DNA of 64,000 nucleotides from a virus. The notes beneath the pieces were generated by a model. The model was not told the origin of the DNA and made no database searches. It was given only the letters and a program-made list of their open reading frames with translations. How positions within the stretch are numbered: the stretch's first letter is position 1; each line of letters opens with the position of its first letter. The position numbers were made by a program, and so were the translations under genes. Location of the stretch: the IMG/VR virus record IMGVR_UViG_3300035698_006183, positions 1-64,000 of that record; one strand, 5' to 3'. Positions 28,475-39,100 of the stretch are shown in pieces.

Positions 28475-31400
28475 ATGACGACAGAAGATACAAGAACACC
28501 TAAATTTTATGGACCTGACAACGTACTCCGCTCGGAATATATATTTTCGACGGACTTATCGTTTCGTGTATTCAATGGGACTGTTGATGCAGACACTGTA
28601 GATGTGCAAGTTTCTCTGAGAAACGGAGCCTTCTCGTCTGACCCGGACTTGATTTCATTTGAGGGAACAACTTTCACAGTCCCGAACTCCGCAGCATTTC
28701 CTGACGGCTTACAGCTTCTTCCGGGGGAAAACATTATTTCTGTTCGGGCAGTTATGTCCAATGGTGATACCTCTCCAATAGGAACCATCCAGGCAAATCT
28801 TTCCTTGGAACGAGATGTCAAGGCTGGAGTCATTGCTCCCAGTGGTATCTATGTAGAACGTCTGGATAACAAAGTTCAAGTTTACGTGGATGGCCTTGAA
28901 GATGCCAACGTCACAGGTTACCAGTTCTATGCTTCAATAGAAGCTGGAGGTGGTGCCACAGGATACAAACGGATTTCAATAGGCCCTGTGATTTCTGGGG
29001 AAGTCTATGAGAAAATCACCCCTCTTGGGGAATTGGACATGGATGCTAACGTGGTCCGGACCGATGATGGCAGTCTGGCTTCCGAACCTCAATACATTCA
29101 TATGCTCAGCACTCAGGAAGACCGAACTGGAGTAGTTTTCCAGACTGATTTGAACCAACGTATCAGTATATCTGATACCACCACTCAATTCCGAGCCAAC
29201 ATCGTACTCGATGGAGTGCAGGAGTTGAATAGATTCTCGTTCATTCATAACCGTAAAGCTACGGCCAGCCTAACAGAAGCATACCCAGCAGTCCCACACT
29301 CAGAATTCTCAGCCATGCTGGACACAGACCCTCTATATTATGTGGTGACCGCACTGTATATAATTGACGGGAAAGAGTACGAATCTTCTTACTCTCCTGA
29401 AGTCGGGGCAACCCCAATCATCGTGTCGCCTCTGGTATCGGCATTACCAACAGTATCCAGGCAGCAGATTGTCAAAGACGTGTCCTTGTCCATTTTCAGG
29501 TCACACCCTGAGCTGGATATTAAACCAGGCTCAATGATTCGTGATACTTTCGTGGACCCGTTCTCCAGTGAAGCTGAACGTATTCGTTTCATCTTGAACT
29601 TCGTCCAAACTTGCCAGGCATTCTCGACACTGTTAGACGTTGATGACCCGAACAACACAGGTCAATCTATCACGGTGAACAACTCACCGTTCAAATTAGC
29701 TTTGAAGCAGGCTTTCTATCTGCAATCCAATACCGATGTGCAGAATATGATTGACAATGCTTTCGATAAACTGGCCTCTCAGAGAGGAGTCGTCCGAAAC
29801 ATTGGGCGTCGTTCTCGTGGTGAGGTTGTAGCTTACGTTACAACTAAGCCAGTGACTTCAATCTTCATCCCTCTGGGGACAATTGCCTATGCAGGCAGTC
29901 AGCAATTCAGAACAACTTCCAGTGGTTACATCACTTCGACTGGGATTGGGTCTTCATACGACCCAGTTACTGGCCGATACTTCACCAGATTATACGTCCA
30001 GGCTGTGAATCCTGGGGGTGCTGGCAATGTAGCTGGTGGGCAGATTCGTGCATTCCAGAGTGGCCCACAGGGTGTTCTCTGTTATAACGATGTTCCAACC
30101 TATGGTGGACGTGACCTTGAAACTAACCGTCAGTTGGCCACTCGGGCCGACGGAGCATTATCAGGTGTAGATACGGGAACTTACCGTGGATACGTGCAGA
30201 CCACAAATAACATCAGTGGGGTGCAAGAGTCTACCGTGGTAGATGCTGGCCATTCTCTGATGCTTCGAGATATCAACCCTGAAACCAACCAACACACAGG
30301 TGGTAAAGTGGATGTGTGGGTACGGGGTGAAAACCTGGCTTCCATCCAGGATAGCTTTGCATTCTCTTTCGAGATTGTGGACAGTGGCCAGTTTGAACCG
30401 GTTGGTGCCATTCAAGACCTCAAGTTCAGAGCTGTTAATGCCAATCTTTCCATAGATAATCCTATTATGGAGATGTTGGATAACGAAGCCTGGGGCTTCA
30501 TGTTCACGGATGACACAACGGGCAAAGTATTTGATTTGACCGACGTTGAAGTTCTGACGTTTGATACCATACAATTATCCTCTGCTCTCAATGACCCGAC
30601 CAACATTGCCCTGACAGATGTGTTCCGTGGGTCTTACCGTTACCGAACCAGTAACAAGTATGTGTTCCAACGTCAGCCTGTACGGTCAGTGACCAGTTTG
30701 GTCGGGACAACCCAGAATGTGGACGAGGGCTATTTCAAATTGTTTGCAGGCAGCCAGCCTTTAGACCTGGGACGTTCTACTGAGTCCGGGGATTATTTGC
30801 AGGTTGTGCAGCCTGTTGGGGATTACATTCAGATTCCTTCAGGTGAGCCTATTGAAGTGTCGGATGAACGGCATGTGCTTTTGGAAAGTACTGAATACCT
30901 GGATAACTTGGGAATCAATCCCATCACTGTTCGGGTGTACAATGTAGAGAGAACCATCGAATATTACGGCCCATATCATCCTGACGTGGAGCCTGACTTC
31001 ACATTTGTGGATGAAGTAGGGGATTACCCTCTGGGAATTCTGCCCACCTCCCTAAGCCGAATGGTTGAGGGTCAGGAAGTGGCCGTGGATTATAGCCACG
31101 ATGAGAACTTTGTCGTGACCTACCAAGTCAACTCTTTGATTGGGACAACCCAAGAAGATTTAGATGATACTCGGAACATCATGGCCGATGTATTGGCCAA
31201 AGATTCCCTCCCGATTGGTGTAGATATCACAGCTACCATCGTGACCAAGAAGAACAACAGCGTTTATGTAGTGGATAGTGATGTTCGGACGGAATTAGCT
31301 CGGTTGTTTGGGACTTTCAACCTGGGAACTCCTGTACGGCAATCTGACGTACTTGGAGCCCTAGAGCTTGTCGAGGCTGTTTCCTATGTCGTTGTACCTC

Positions 31401-31993
31401 TGACGAAGATGACGCGTACAGACGGCTCTCAGGCTCTCCTGGAACGTGTTCTGACAGACACCGAGATAGACTATGAGGAAATCACTGAATGGTCCACAGA
31501 CTTGGTGGGTATTTACATTTTGAAGAACCAATTGGAATCAGGAACTGCCAACGGCGGTGGTGAATTTAATGAGACAAAGGGAGTGTACCAGGGCTACACT
31601 TTGCTGGAAACCTACGATACAACTCCCGACTCTCACGGAGTTCCTCTGAACCGAACAGAAAACGGGGCTTACATCATTGGAAATGAGGGGATGACCATCC
31701 CAGGGTATAGTGATGATGCTACTCTGAAAACCATGTATCCGTTTGCTTCTGATGCTGAACTCGTTGAACACAGAGTAGAAATTACAGCCAACCGAGTTCT
31801 CGTGGCATTGCCGACAGCGGATACTCCTTTAGATCAGGTTTACCAGGTAACATACGTTGTGTCTGGTGACACAGGTGTGAAGAATATTAACCCGGACCCG
31901 ATTCAATATTTACAGTTGGGTGATTTGGACTTCACGTATGATGAAGACCCTGATTTCTCATCCTTAGTTAGTGGTGGAAGACGGAGTAGTTGA
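28475..31993 (+). CDS. Baseplate J-like (T4 gp6 / P2 gpJ) wedge protein with inserted Ig-like domains
   Basis: 'DIKPGSMIRDTFVDP', 'FDKLASQRGVVR', 'VQAVNPGGAGNVAGGQI', 'TYGGRDLETNRQLATR', 'GGKVDVWVRG', 'LGTPVRQSDVLGAL...VSYV' are baseplate-J hallmarks. Start moved to ATG 28475 (GGAG upstream). Confidence 0.85.
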   Translation: MTTEDTRTPKFYGPDNVLRSEYIFSTDLSFRVFNGTVDADTVDVQVSLRNGAFSSDPDLISFEGTTFTVPNSAAFPDGLQLLPGENIISVRAVMSNGDTSPIGTIQANLSLERDVKAGVIAPSGIYVERLDNKVQVYVDGLEDANVTGYQFYASIEAGGGATGYKRISIGPVISGEVYEKITPLGELDMDANVVRTDDGSLASEPQYIHMLSTQEDRTGVVFQTDLNQRISISDTTTQFRANIVLDGVQELNRFSFIHNRKATASLTEAYPAVPHSEFSAMLDTDPLYYVVTALYIIDGKEYESSYSPEVGATPIIVSPLVSALPTVSRQQIVKDVSLSIFRSHPELDIKPGSMIRDTFVDPFSSEAERIRFILNFVQTCQAFSTLLDVDDPNNTGQSITVNNSPFKLALKQAFYLQSNTDVQNMIDNAFDKLASQRGVVRNIGRRSRGEVVAYVTTKPVTSIFIPLGTIAYAGSQQFRTTSSGYITSTGIGSSYDPVTGRYFTRLYVQAVNPGGAGNVAGGQIRAFQSGPQGVLCYNDVPTYGGRDLETNRQLATRADGALSGVDTGTYRGYVQTTNNISGVQESTVVDAGHSLMLRDINPETNQHTGGKVDVWVRGENLASIQDSFAFSFEIVDSGQFEPVGAIQDLKFRAVNANLSIDNPIMEMLDNEAWGFMFTDDTTGKVFDLTDVEVLTFDTIQLSSALNDPTNIALTDVFRGSYRYRTSNKYVFQRQPVRSVTSLVGTTQNVDEGYFKLFAGSQPLDLGRSTESGDYLQVVQPVGDYIQIPSGEPIEVSDERHVLLESTEYLDNLGINPITVRVYNVERTIEYYGPYHPDVEPDFTFVDEVGDYPLGILPTSLSRMVEGQEVAVDYSHDENFVVTYQVNSLIGTTQEDLDDTRNIMADVLAKDSLPIGVDITATIVTKKNNSVYVVDSDVRTELARLFGTFNLGTPVRQSDVLGALELVEAVSYVVVPLTKMTRTDGSQALLERVLTDTEIDYEEITEWSTDLVGIYILKNQLESGTANGGGEFNETKGVYQGYTLLETYDTTPDSHGVPLNRTENGAYIIGNEGMTIPGYSDDATLKTMYPFASDAELVEHRVEITANRVLVALPTADTPLDQVYQVTYVVSGDTGVKNINPDPIQYLQLGDLDFTYDEDPDFSSLVSGGRRSS

Positions 31994-33381
31994 TGGCAGA
32001 CCAACCACAAGATAAAAATCTATTTCCATCATCTATCCCTCAGAATCCTTCACCTCTGGGAGATAGTCAGAATAGGAAGAATGCTGTCCGTAGCCAGGTA
32101 GACCGGATTATGTCGGCCTTCATGAAAGTGTTGCCGAGTAACTACGTGTCTCAGGTATCAGGACCATTCTATAATCTCCAGTTCCAGGCAGCTGCTGAGG
32201 AAATTGCCAACATTCAGATTACAGCCCAGGAAACAATGGCTGATGCTTTCACCGACTACACCCGACCAGAGTTCCTCTGGCAGATTGTGGGTTCATTGGT
32301 GTTCCCCGATGCCAAGACAGATGGCTGGCCAGACCTTGAGGGTGATTTAACCTATCGTGACTTCCTTCAACGAATGGTTCTCCTGCTCCTTCAAGGAGCC
32401 AAACCCTCTGTGATTAAGGACGGAATAGAACTGCTGACCGATGCCACCGTTGAGGTTATCGAGCGGGGTGTAGAAGCTCGGAAACTGAAGGGTACGTCAG
32501 CTTGGGGTGTTGATGACCAGTTCACATTTGAAATCAACATCAGTGAAGAAGCAGGGACAGTGGAGATTGATGGGGAGGAAGTTGTCCTCAACCGATTCCC
32601 TACAGAAGAACCTTTCAATCTGGCCAGAAACATCCAGATTGTTTTGCGGGCTTTGAAGCCTGGCCATACTCTCTATGATTACAGGCACTTATTCTTCGAC
32701 AGCTTTAATCATCTGTTCACAGATACATGGTCTTCTGAGTTCACGACCTATTATTACCAGGACTTCCGAAGGTTCTGGCTAGGTGCCAAAAATGTGACAG
32801 GGACAGAGGGTAAAACTCTCTTAGACCGTGCATTGTTTACGGATGCTACCCGAGATTTCACATCCATCCAGCCTGGAGCCATCTTGACAATCTTAGATGG
32901 TCCAAACTCTGAGCACATTGGGGATGCAGAAGGTATTCCTGTCCAGGTAGAGGAGGATTACACGGGGAACTTCAGAGTAGAAGAAGTTTTATTCTTCCCA
33001 GTTGGAGATGATGCCGTACCACGAGCGTACACGACCTCACCGACAGGGTTGTCTGGAACGGCCACTGTGATGGGTGATATATTAGAAGACCCCTTTCAAT
33101 CGTGGGAGAATGCAGCCGAGGGAGAAATTCTGACTTTTACCACGGGACCTAATTCTGGTTCTTATCGTTTAAAAACTTTAGTTGGGACTTTTGGCGGACC
33201 TGTAGGGTTTGCTGAAGGGCCAGCTACTAAAGTGAAAATAGCACCGAGTATCCTACGTTTACACCGTAGAATGTCTCAGTCAGGTGAGTCTCAGGCTTAT
33301 AAAGTTGAGGTTGACAGACTGGGAATGCAGACACCCCGACGAGTTGAGGGTGAGGATGCCACTGTCTTTTTTATCAGGTGA
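31993..33381 (+). CDS. Baseplate wedge protein, P2 gpI / T4 gp7-like, with two C-terminal small beta domains
   Basis: 'YRDFLQRMVLLLLQGAKPSVIKDGIELLT...VEVIE...FTFEINI...VLRALKPGHT' is the gpI-type pattern ending in KPxHT. Follows J with a TGATG overlap. Confidence 0.7.
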   Translation: MADQPQDKNLFPSSIPQNPSPLGDSQNRKNAVRSQVDRIMSAFMKVLPSNYVSQVSGPFYNLQFQAAAEEIANIQITAQETMADAFTDYTRPEFLWQIVGSLVFPDAKTDGWPDLEGDLTYRDFLQRMVLLLLQGAKPSVIKDGIELLTDATVEVIERGVEARKLKGTSAWGVDDQFTFEINISEEAGTVEIDGEEVVLNRFPTEEPFNLARNIQIVLRALKPGHTLYDYRHLFFDSFNHLFTDTWSSEFTTYYYQDFRRFWLGAKNVTGTEGKTLLDRALFTDATRDFTSIQPGAILTILDGPNSEHIGDAEGIPVQVEEDYTGNFRVEEVLFFPVGDDAVPRAYTTSPTGLSGTATVMGDILEDPFQSWENAAEGEILTFTTGPNSGSYRLKTLVGTFGGPVGFAEGPATKVKIAPSILRLHRRMSQSGESQAYKVEVDRLGMQTPRRVEGEDATVFFIR

Positions 33382-33383
33382 CG

Positions 33384-33414
33384 TGGTTTTCGGTTGATAC
33401 TCATCCTCTTACAG
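33384..33414 (+). promoter_or_regulatory. Intergenic motif copy 2 (putative phage late promoter)
   Basis: TGGT-TTTCGGT-TGAT-ACTCATCCTCTT-ACAG, a more divergent copy with the same spacing. AAGGAG RBS lies downstream. Confidence 0.35.
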
Positions 33415-33438
33415 AGGTGTTTTGATTAAGGAGATACC

Positions 33439-36183
33439 ATGCCAGCAGATATCAGATATTCAGTCGTCCGAGGAGCCACAACATTAGGCCCCTTCACCAA
33501 TACCAGTGAGAATATTCTCCGTAAAGGAGATGTTATCAACCTGGAATGCCCGAACATTGACCAGACCAGTTACTACTGGGTTCTGTCCTACAAGCCAGTT
33601 TCCTCTGGTGGGACTGAATCTACAGCAGCTCTGACTTCGGCTAATACACGGACAACAAGTTTCACCGCGGACTTTGACGGAGCCTATTTGGTTCAGTTGA
33701 CAGTTAACCAAGGTGTAGAAGGTGAAGACACCCAGTTTATACGTGTCAGAGGATTGACGAAGTTCGTTAATCTAAGCCTGATTGCTGCTGGGGAGCGTTA
33801 CAACCAGGATGGTCCCGTTCCTGTGGATGCTACTTCCCAAGGTTGGTCAGATTTCCTGAACAATAACCTTCAGAAAGTTCTGGCCATCACTCGTAGAAAT
33901 GCCACTACAGGCCGTCAGCTTTATGTTGATGCTAATAGGCCACGAGGTTGGGAAGGTGCAGGGACTGGGGACATCGATGATAACCCTGCTAATGACCCGA
34001 CCAAACATGTTCATTTCCCAGGGACTGACCAGACCACTACAACTACCGAAGCCCAGACGGGAATCAATATCCCGACGGAGGGTGTGGGTGATTTCAGCAC
34101 TATCCAGGATGCTATAGATTACGCTGTAGCAATGGACCCAATACCTTCGTTGAATAACCCTGTGTGGGTTATCGTGAAGCCTGGTTTGTATGTAGAGGAT
34201 ATAACATTCCACTCCTACGTTCATGTCCTATCTGAAACATCTTTTACCGAACTTAGTGGTTCAGCATTGATAGTTGGGGATGCAGAGGTTTTTGCTGTGG
34301 TTCGGACGTATTCTGTTATAGTTCAGTCTGAAACTTCTGCGGGTCATTCTTGGGAAGCACCTCATATGCCCTCGTTCGACGAGTGGGCACAACTTCTGGC
34401 TTTTTGGGAAAATTTTCCAGTAATTCTATCTTCCGGTATTTCTTTTGAAAACTGGTTAGAGAGTCCCGCAGGTAGCCCTCAACCTATGTTGAGTTTGACA
34501 GGTACAGGTTTACTGCTCTCCAGTTCTGATTTCATTCAGATGGGGTCTACTGCAACACAGGAAGCAGGGTCCCCTATATCTGTTGTGAACCCACAACATG
34601 GTGTTGGTGACATTACCCAGAGAGATTGGTTCTTACTTTATTTGAAGGACTGTTTCTTAGTTAAAGCTCCTGTACAAGCATATGATGATGAAGACCCTAT
34701 CATTATGATGGATTCAGCAGGGGCCGTTCAACTCTTAGGGCTTGTTCAGCTTTTGAATGCTGAGGATTCTATCAGGATTCCTGATGAAGCCTCAATAGAT
34801 GATGGGACAGGATTAGGCCCTAAAGCCGGAGATTGCTCTATCTCGGTAATTGGCAATTATGTGACTGGTGGGGAACTGGATGGTTCAACTTTTCTTAGAG
34901 GTGTTCCTGAAAGTTTGTCCATCAGTGATTCAAAGCTGGATATGGACATTATCTTTGATTCTGACATAGCAACCCCAAACATCAACTATGAACCTACGGT
35001 TTATATTGGTGGTAATTCCAGTTTTGGTGGAAATCTTATCATCAATGATAGTATCTTTGACCCCATCGAGAGTGATGGGGCTGACATAGAAATAGGAGTA
35101 GTGGAAACTTCGGGTACTTACGAAGATAGTGATTACCGGCACCCTGTAGTGTTGACAGCAGCACCAGGGTTGGTGAAAACTTCTATCCGACCTCGGCATG
35201 GGGCATCTTATGGGATGCAGTATGATACTAGATATATCTCTCCTGCCTCTGGTCCCGCAGGTGACCCTGTATTATTCCATGAACAACAGTGGTGGCAATA
35301 CGACCGACCATCATTCCAGAACTTTGCCGATATGATGCTCCAGTTATCATTGCCAATAGCTCCACCTAATCCAGGTGACCCTGATTATATAGACGAACGC
35401 TCGTTCACTCCCACATTGGGATCGATGTATAAGGGTATCTTGAATTTAGGGGATGCAAGTTCAGCCCCTAGTGCTGGTGAAGGTTTCGGGCGGGCTATTG
35501 ATGTTGAGCTTCGAACATTTGGAACTTTAGAAGGATATTACCTCCCAGTTCAGATTCGACCTCCTGATGACTCTCCAACCGAAGGTTTTATAACTGACCG
35601 TCGGTTACTTCGATTTGGGACAGGTAATGAAGATGCTGGTGGGACTTATGTCGATGTTGGTTGTGAAGCAAACGGAACCCTGAAAGTTTACGGTGACGTT
35701 GAAGCTGACAATATTGGTCCTGCTCCTGCTGCTACTAGAGCAACGGAATTTGCTGAATGTATAGCTGATGCAACTCTCTGGCCTGGTGATTTAGGATTCC
35801 CCGGCTCTCAAACTGTTATTGGTGGTCAAGACTATGATGTGGCTGCTGACACTTTGGTTTACGGTGTTCTCTGGGAACCTGGGGATAATTCTCCCCACAT
35901 TTACCTCCCTCGTTCCAGAACTGCTGGTGGTATTCCTGACCAATGGCCGAAAGAAGGTCAGATTGTTACAGTGAAAGACATCTCGGGTACTGTTGCAACA
36001 GGTGGTGGTGGAGGTCAACCTATTACAATCACGACCTCTCACCAAGTTGGTGTTATAACTGATGCCTTATTTGAAAGTGGTCCTGGAGATTACGTTATGA
36101 CCACTGCTGATTTTGAATCGGCAACTTTTGTTTACCATTATCGATCATCAACAGATATCGGTTACTGGTATAAGATAGACTGA
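33439..36183 (+). CDS. Tail fibre/spike-like protein: PKD/Ig-like N-terminus, pectin-lyase-like beta-helix entry, fibre-type C-terminal domain
   Basis: 'YYWVLSYKP...TTSFTADFDGAYLVQLTV' (PKD-like), 'GDFSTIQDAIDYA...VIVKPGLYVEDI' (beta-helix cap), and C-terminal 'IYLP...GQIVTVKDISG...ITI...ATFVY...WY'. Confidence 0.6.
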   Translation: MPADIRYSVVRGATTLGPFTNTSENILRKGDVINLECPNIDQTSYYWVLSYKPVSSGGTESTAALTSANTRTTSFTADFDGAYLVQLTVNQGVEGEDTQFIRVRGLTKFVNLSLIAAGERYNQDGPVPVDATSQGWSDFLNNNLQKVLAITRRNATTGRQLYVDANRPRGWEGAGTGDIDDNPANDPTKHVHFPGTDQTTTTTEAQTGINIPTEGVGDFSTIQDAIDYAVAMDPIPSLNNPVWVIVKPGLYVEDITFHSYVHVLSETSFTELSGSALIVGDAEVFAVVRTYSVIVQSETSAGHSWEAPHMPSFDEWAQLLAFWENFPVILSSGISFENWLESPAGSPQPMLSLTGTGLLLSSSDFIQMGSTATQEAGSPISVVNPQHGVGDITQRDWFLLYLKDCFLVKAPVQAYDDEDPIIMMDSAGAVQLLGLVQLLNAEDSIRIPDEASIDDGTGLGPKAGDCSISVIGNYVTGGELDGSTFLRGVPESLSISDSKLDMDIIFDSDIATPNINYEPTVYIGGNSSFGGNLIINDSIFDPIESDGADIEIGVVETSGTYEDSDYRHPVVLTAAPGLVKTSIRPRHGASYGMQYDTRYISPASGPAGDPVLFHEQQWWQYDRPSFQNFADMMLQLSLPIAPPNPGDPDYIDERSFTPTLGSMYKGILNLGDASSAPSAGEGFGRAIDVELRTFGTLEGYYLPVQIRPPDDSPTEGFITDRRLLRFGTGNEDAGGTYVDVGCEANGTLKVYGDVEADNIGPAPAATRATEFAECIADATLWPGDLGFPGSQTVIGGQDYDVAADTLVYGVLWEPGDNSPHIYLPRSRTAGGIPDQWPKEGQIVTVKDISGTVATGGGGGQPITITTSHQVGVITDALFESGPGDYVMTTADFESATFVYHYRSSTDIGYWYKID

Positions 36184-36194
36184 GACGGTGATGA

Positions 36195-39100
36195 ATGACC
36201 GACCAGAACAACAGAACCGACCCGACGGAGAACTTTCGTACAAGTTCCTTCGGGTTTGGACCATTTCCACCACCAGGGTACGTTGGAGTATTAGCAGCAT
36301 CCCCATATCCTGATTACGCCGGTTTCGGTGGCGTTGCTTGGGCTACACTTCCAATTTCAGACCCTGCACCAATTGGTGGAGCTTATGGTTTATCCCCTTA
36401 CGGGGGAGTCGTACACCCTCCTGCTCCGACCCCTCTCCCTGCATTACCTAACCCAGGTGGTAGTGGGGCTTCTGGTGGAGTTGGCTTCGGTGGTGACCCT
36501 TTCGGTTTATCTCCTTTCGGTGTTGGTGGAGGTGCAGGCGGAGGAAGTACAGCAGTATCAGGAGCTCTGAGCCTGAATGGTTATGAGATTGAAATCTTCT
36601 TCACTAATCCTATAAACACTAGTGACCCAGCACTTTATCAAGTGGCCTCTTACAATTTAACTGCTCTCTTAGGAGCAGCTCCAGCCACCGTGTTAAGTGT
36701 ACGTTCCGAAACTCTGGGGTTGGAAGCAGCTTCCAGTGTCTCATCAGTTATTATTACCCACACAGGAACAACCTTGGGTGGCTCGTACCGAGTCCATGTG
36801 AGTGGCCCTGGTGGTATCATAAATGATTCTGTAGATATCCTGACGAAGGGTGATGCACCAACTTATACTGTCAGTGTCCTGGGCGGTGAAGATTTAGTTC
36901 TTACATTCTCTGACCCCATGTTAGAGGACACTGGAGCTTCTGTAGGGAATTCTGGGATTACAGACCCAGCTTCTTACGAGTTCTCATCAGAACCCGATTA
37001 CCCAATTACATTGACCCCACTTGAAATCACTCATCCTTATGAGAGTGACCTTCACAAAGTTCAGATGACCGTCAAAGGTATGACATCGTTACAATATACT
37101 TGTAACATCACACCATCTGAGGCATTTGATTACGAGGCATTAGTTCTACCAGATGTTGACCCAACACTAACCGGTGTAGAGATTAACCCTGACCAGGGAG
37201 AGTCCTACGTTGACGGTGGGTATCTCTGGATGTCCAAGCTACGTTTCCGTGTTTACGGTTGGAAGTTCCTCGATGACAGTGGTCGAGTAGTTCCAGATGT
37301 GACGACGTTCCGAGGCAGCCTGACCTTTGATGCTGCTTCAGCCACGTACAACCCACCTCTGAATGCTTTCACGAGCCTGACGGTTGCTTCCCTCATCTTT
37401 GAGGATGGTCCCGCAGGAACTGGTGTTCGAGTCAAAGTTGGACTGACTCGACAGACAGGTATAGATTATCTCAGAGTTCAGTGTGGAACCTTCGACTCAT
37501 CAGTTCAACAGACATGGACTTCTGGTGAGAATGCTATTGCTCTGGTACGAAACCTGAAAGCTGGGACATATTCTGTCCTGTTGAATGGCCTGCCTGTGCT
37601 CACAGCCTTGATTGCTGACTTTGATGGAGTATCTGAAGGAACAGGAGCTGGGATTTCATGTGTCTTGGTAGCCGACGGGTTTGATGTGTCTGGTTTCAAG
37701 GTACAGGAAACAACCTTCTCAGCTACCAGCACGGTGTACTCAGGTTCATGGAACTTCTTGCACGATACCGAGAGTACCCCATTTACAGGCTCAGATGCTC
37801 TGACTCGTGACCACATCATGACTCAACGTGGCCCAGTCGTAAAAGGTTGGGGTGATGCAACTCCAGCTACCAAACAGGATGTTGAAGTCCTAATTGCTGG
37901 TACGGCTGTGGGAGTTAAGGATGTGAATCCCTACATCGGTGAGATTTGGCCGACGTATCCGATTCCATTGCTACCTTATGATGACCCCCAAGCTGATGTG
38001 AAGCTCAACTATTACTGGATGGCTTCTCCTATTATGGAGATGGCTGGACTGAATACTCCTGGCTTGGTCTTGAACCAATGGGACAGGCAGGATGGACATA
38101 CAAGCCCTGCAGCTCATGGGCAACCACCAACTCACCCGTCACACATTGACACTCAGCCTGCTCAGGTTATCCCATTTGAGGATGATGAGGTTGCAATCAG
38201 GTTCCCAATGGGAACAGTATTGGGACCGATGGACCGACCGAAGCCTTTACAGATTGGCCATCGATACATGGGTTTCGAGAAAGAAACCTCTGCTCTCCTG
38301 AATGACCCGACGAGCCTGCTGTTGAATCAGAATCCTTATGCCACTGCCGTAGATGATTTCGAGCGGGAGATGACAGGGGAGTCCATTGCTTACGAGGGTA
38401 CGGAAACACCTCTCGTAGCATCCCCAGCCTGGCTGTTAGAAGGTCAAGATGCTGGATGGGTAGATGTTGGTGAGGGGACTTACACTCTGATTGATGCTCT
38501 GCCTGCTGAATTTGAACCAGACCTCCGAACTGTGACCATGTATCATCGGGAAGTGGATTTGACATTCCCCGCAGCTACTACCTTGGCCACTCGGTTCATC
38601 GTTGAGGATTACACTCTGGAAGGAGTGTTCACGGGCGTAGGCTTCGGAATCCATGACAATGACCATTTGTACCAAGTTGGCCTGTTAGTTATCAATAATA
38701 TCCGACACTTAGGGATGCTCATTGACCCGAAGAAACCAGAGTATAGAGAATCCTGGCACCTCGGACCGACAGCAGCTTCTTCCGTTCTGAACTCTAAGGC
38801 CATCAGCATTGTGTCTGATTTGGTTCCTATAGATTTTCAATCTGGGATGCAGTTCCAGATATTTGACCATGCTCAAGCTGGTGTTTATACTGCTACCTCG
38901 GTCATCCATCAGTGTGATGGCTCCACGACAGTTACCATTGCAGAAGAATTTCCAGCAGACCCAACCATGTGGAAGCAGGATAATCCAGAGGTCGTGTTCG
39001 AAGTACGTTGGGACGAACATCCTCTAACCTATCGTTTCGTAGCAGACCTGGATAATGAGGCTGCTTCTTTAGAGATAGCTGGTGAGATTTCAGCTACTGT

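Noticed and set aside
33405-33423. Hairpin CCTCT-TAC-AGAGG followed by TGTTTT as an intrinsic terminator
   Set aside because: Only a 5-bp stem with a 3-nt loop and an interrupted U-tract, and it overlaps the putative promoter motif.
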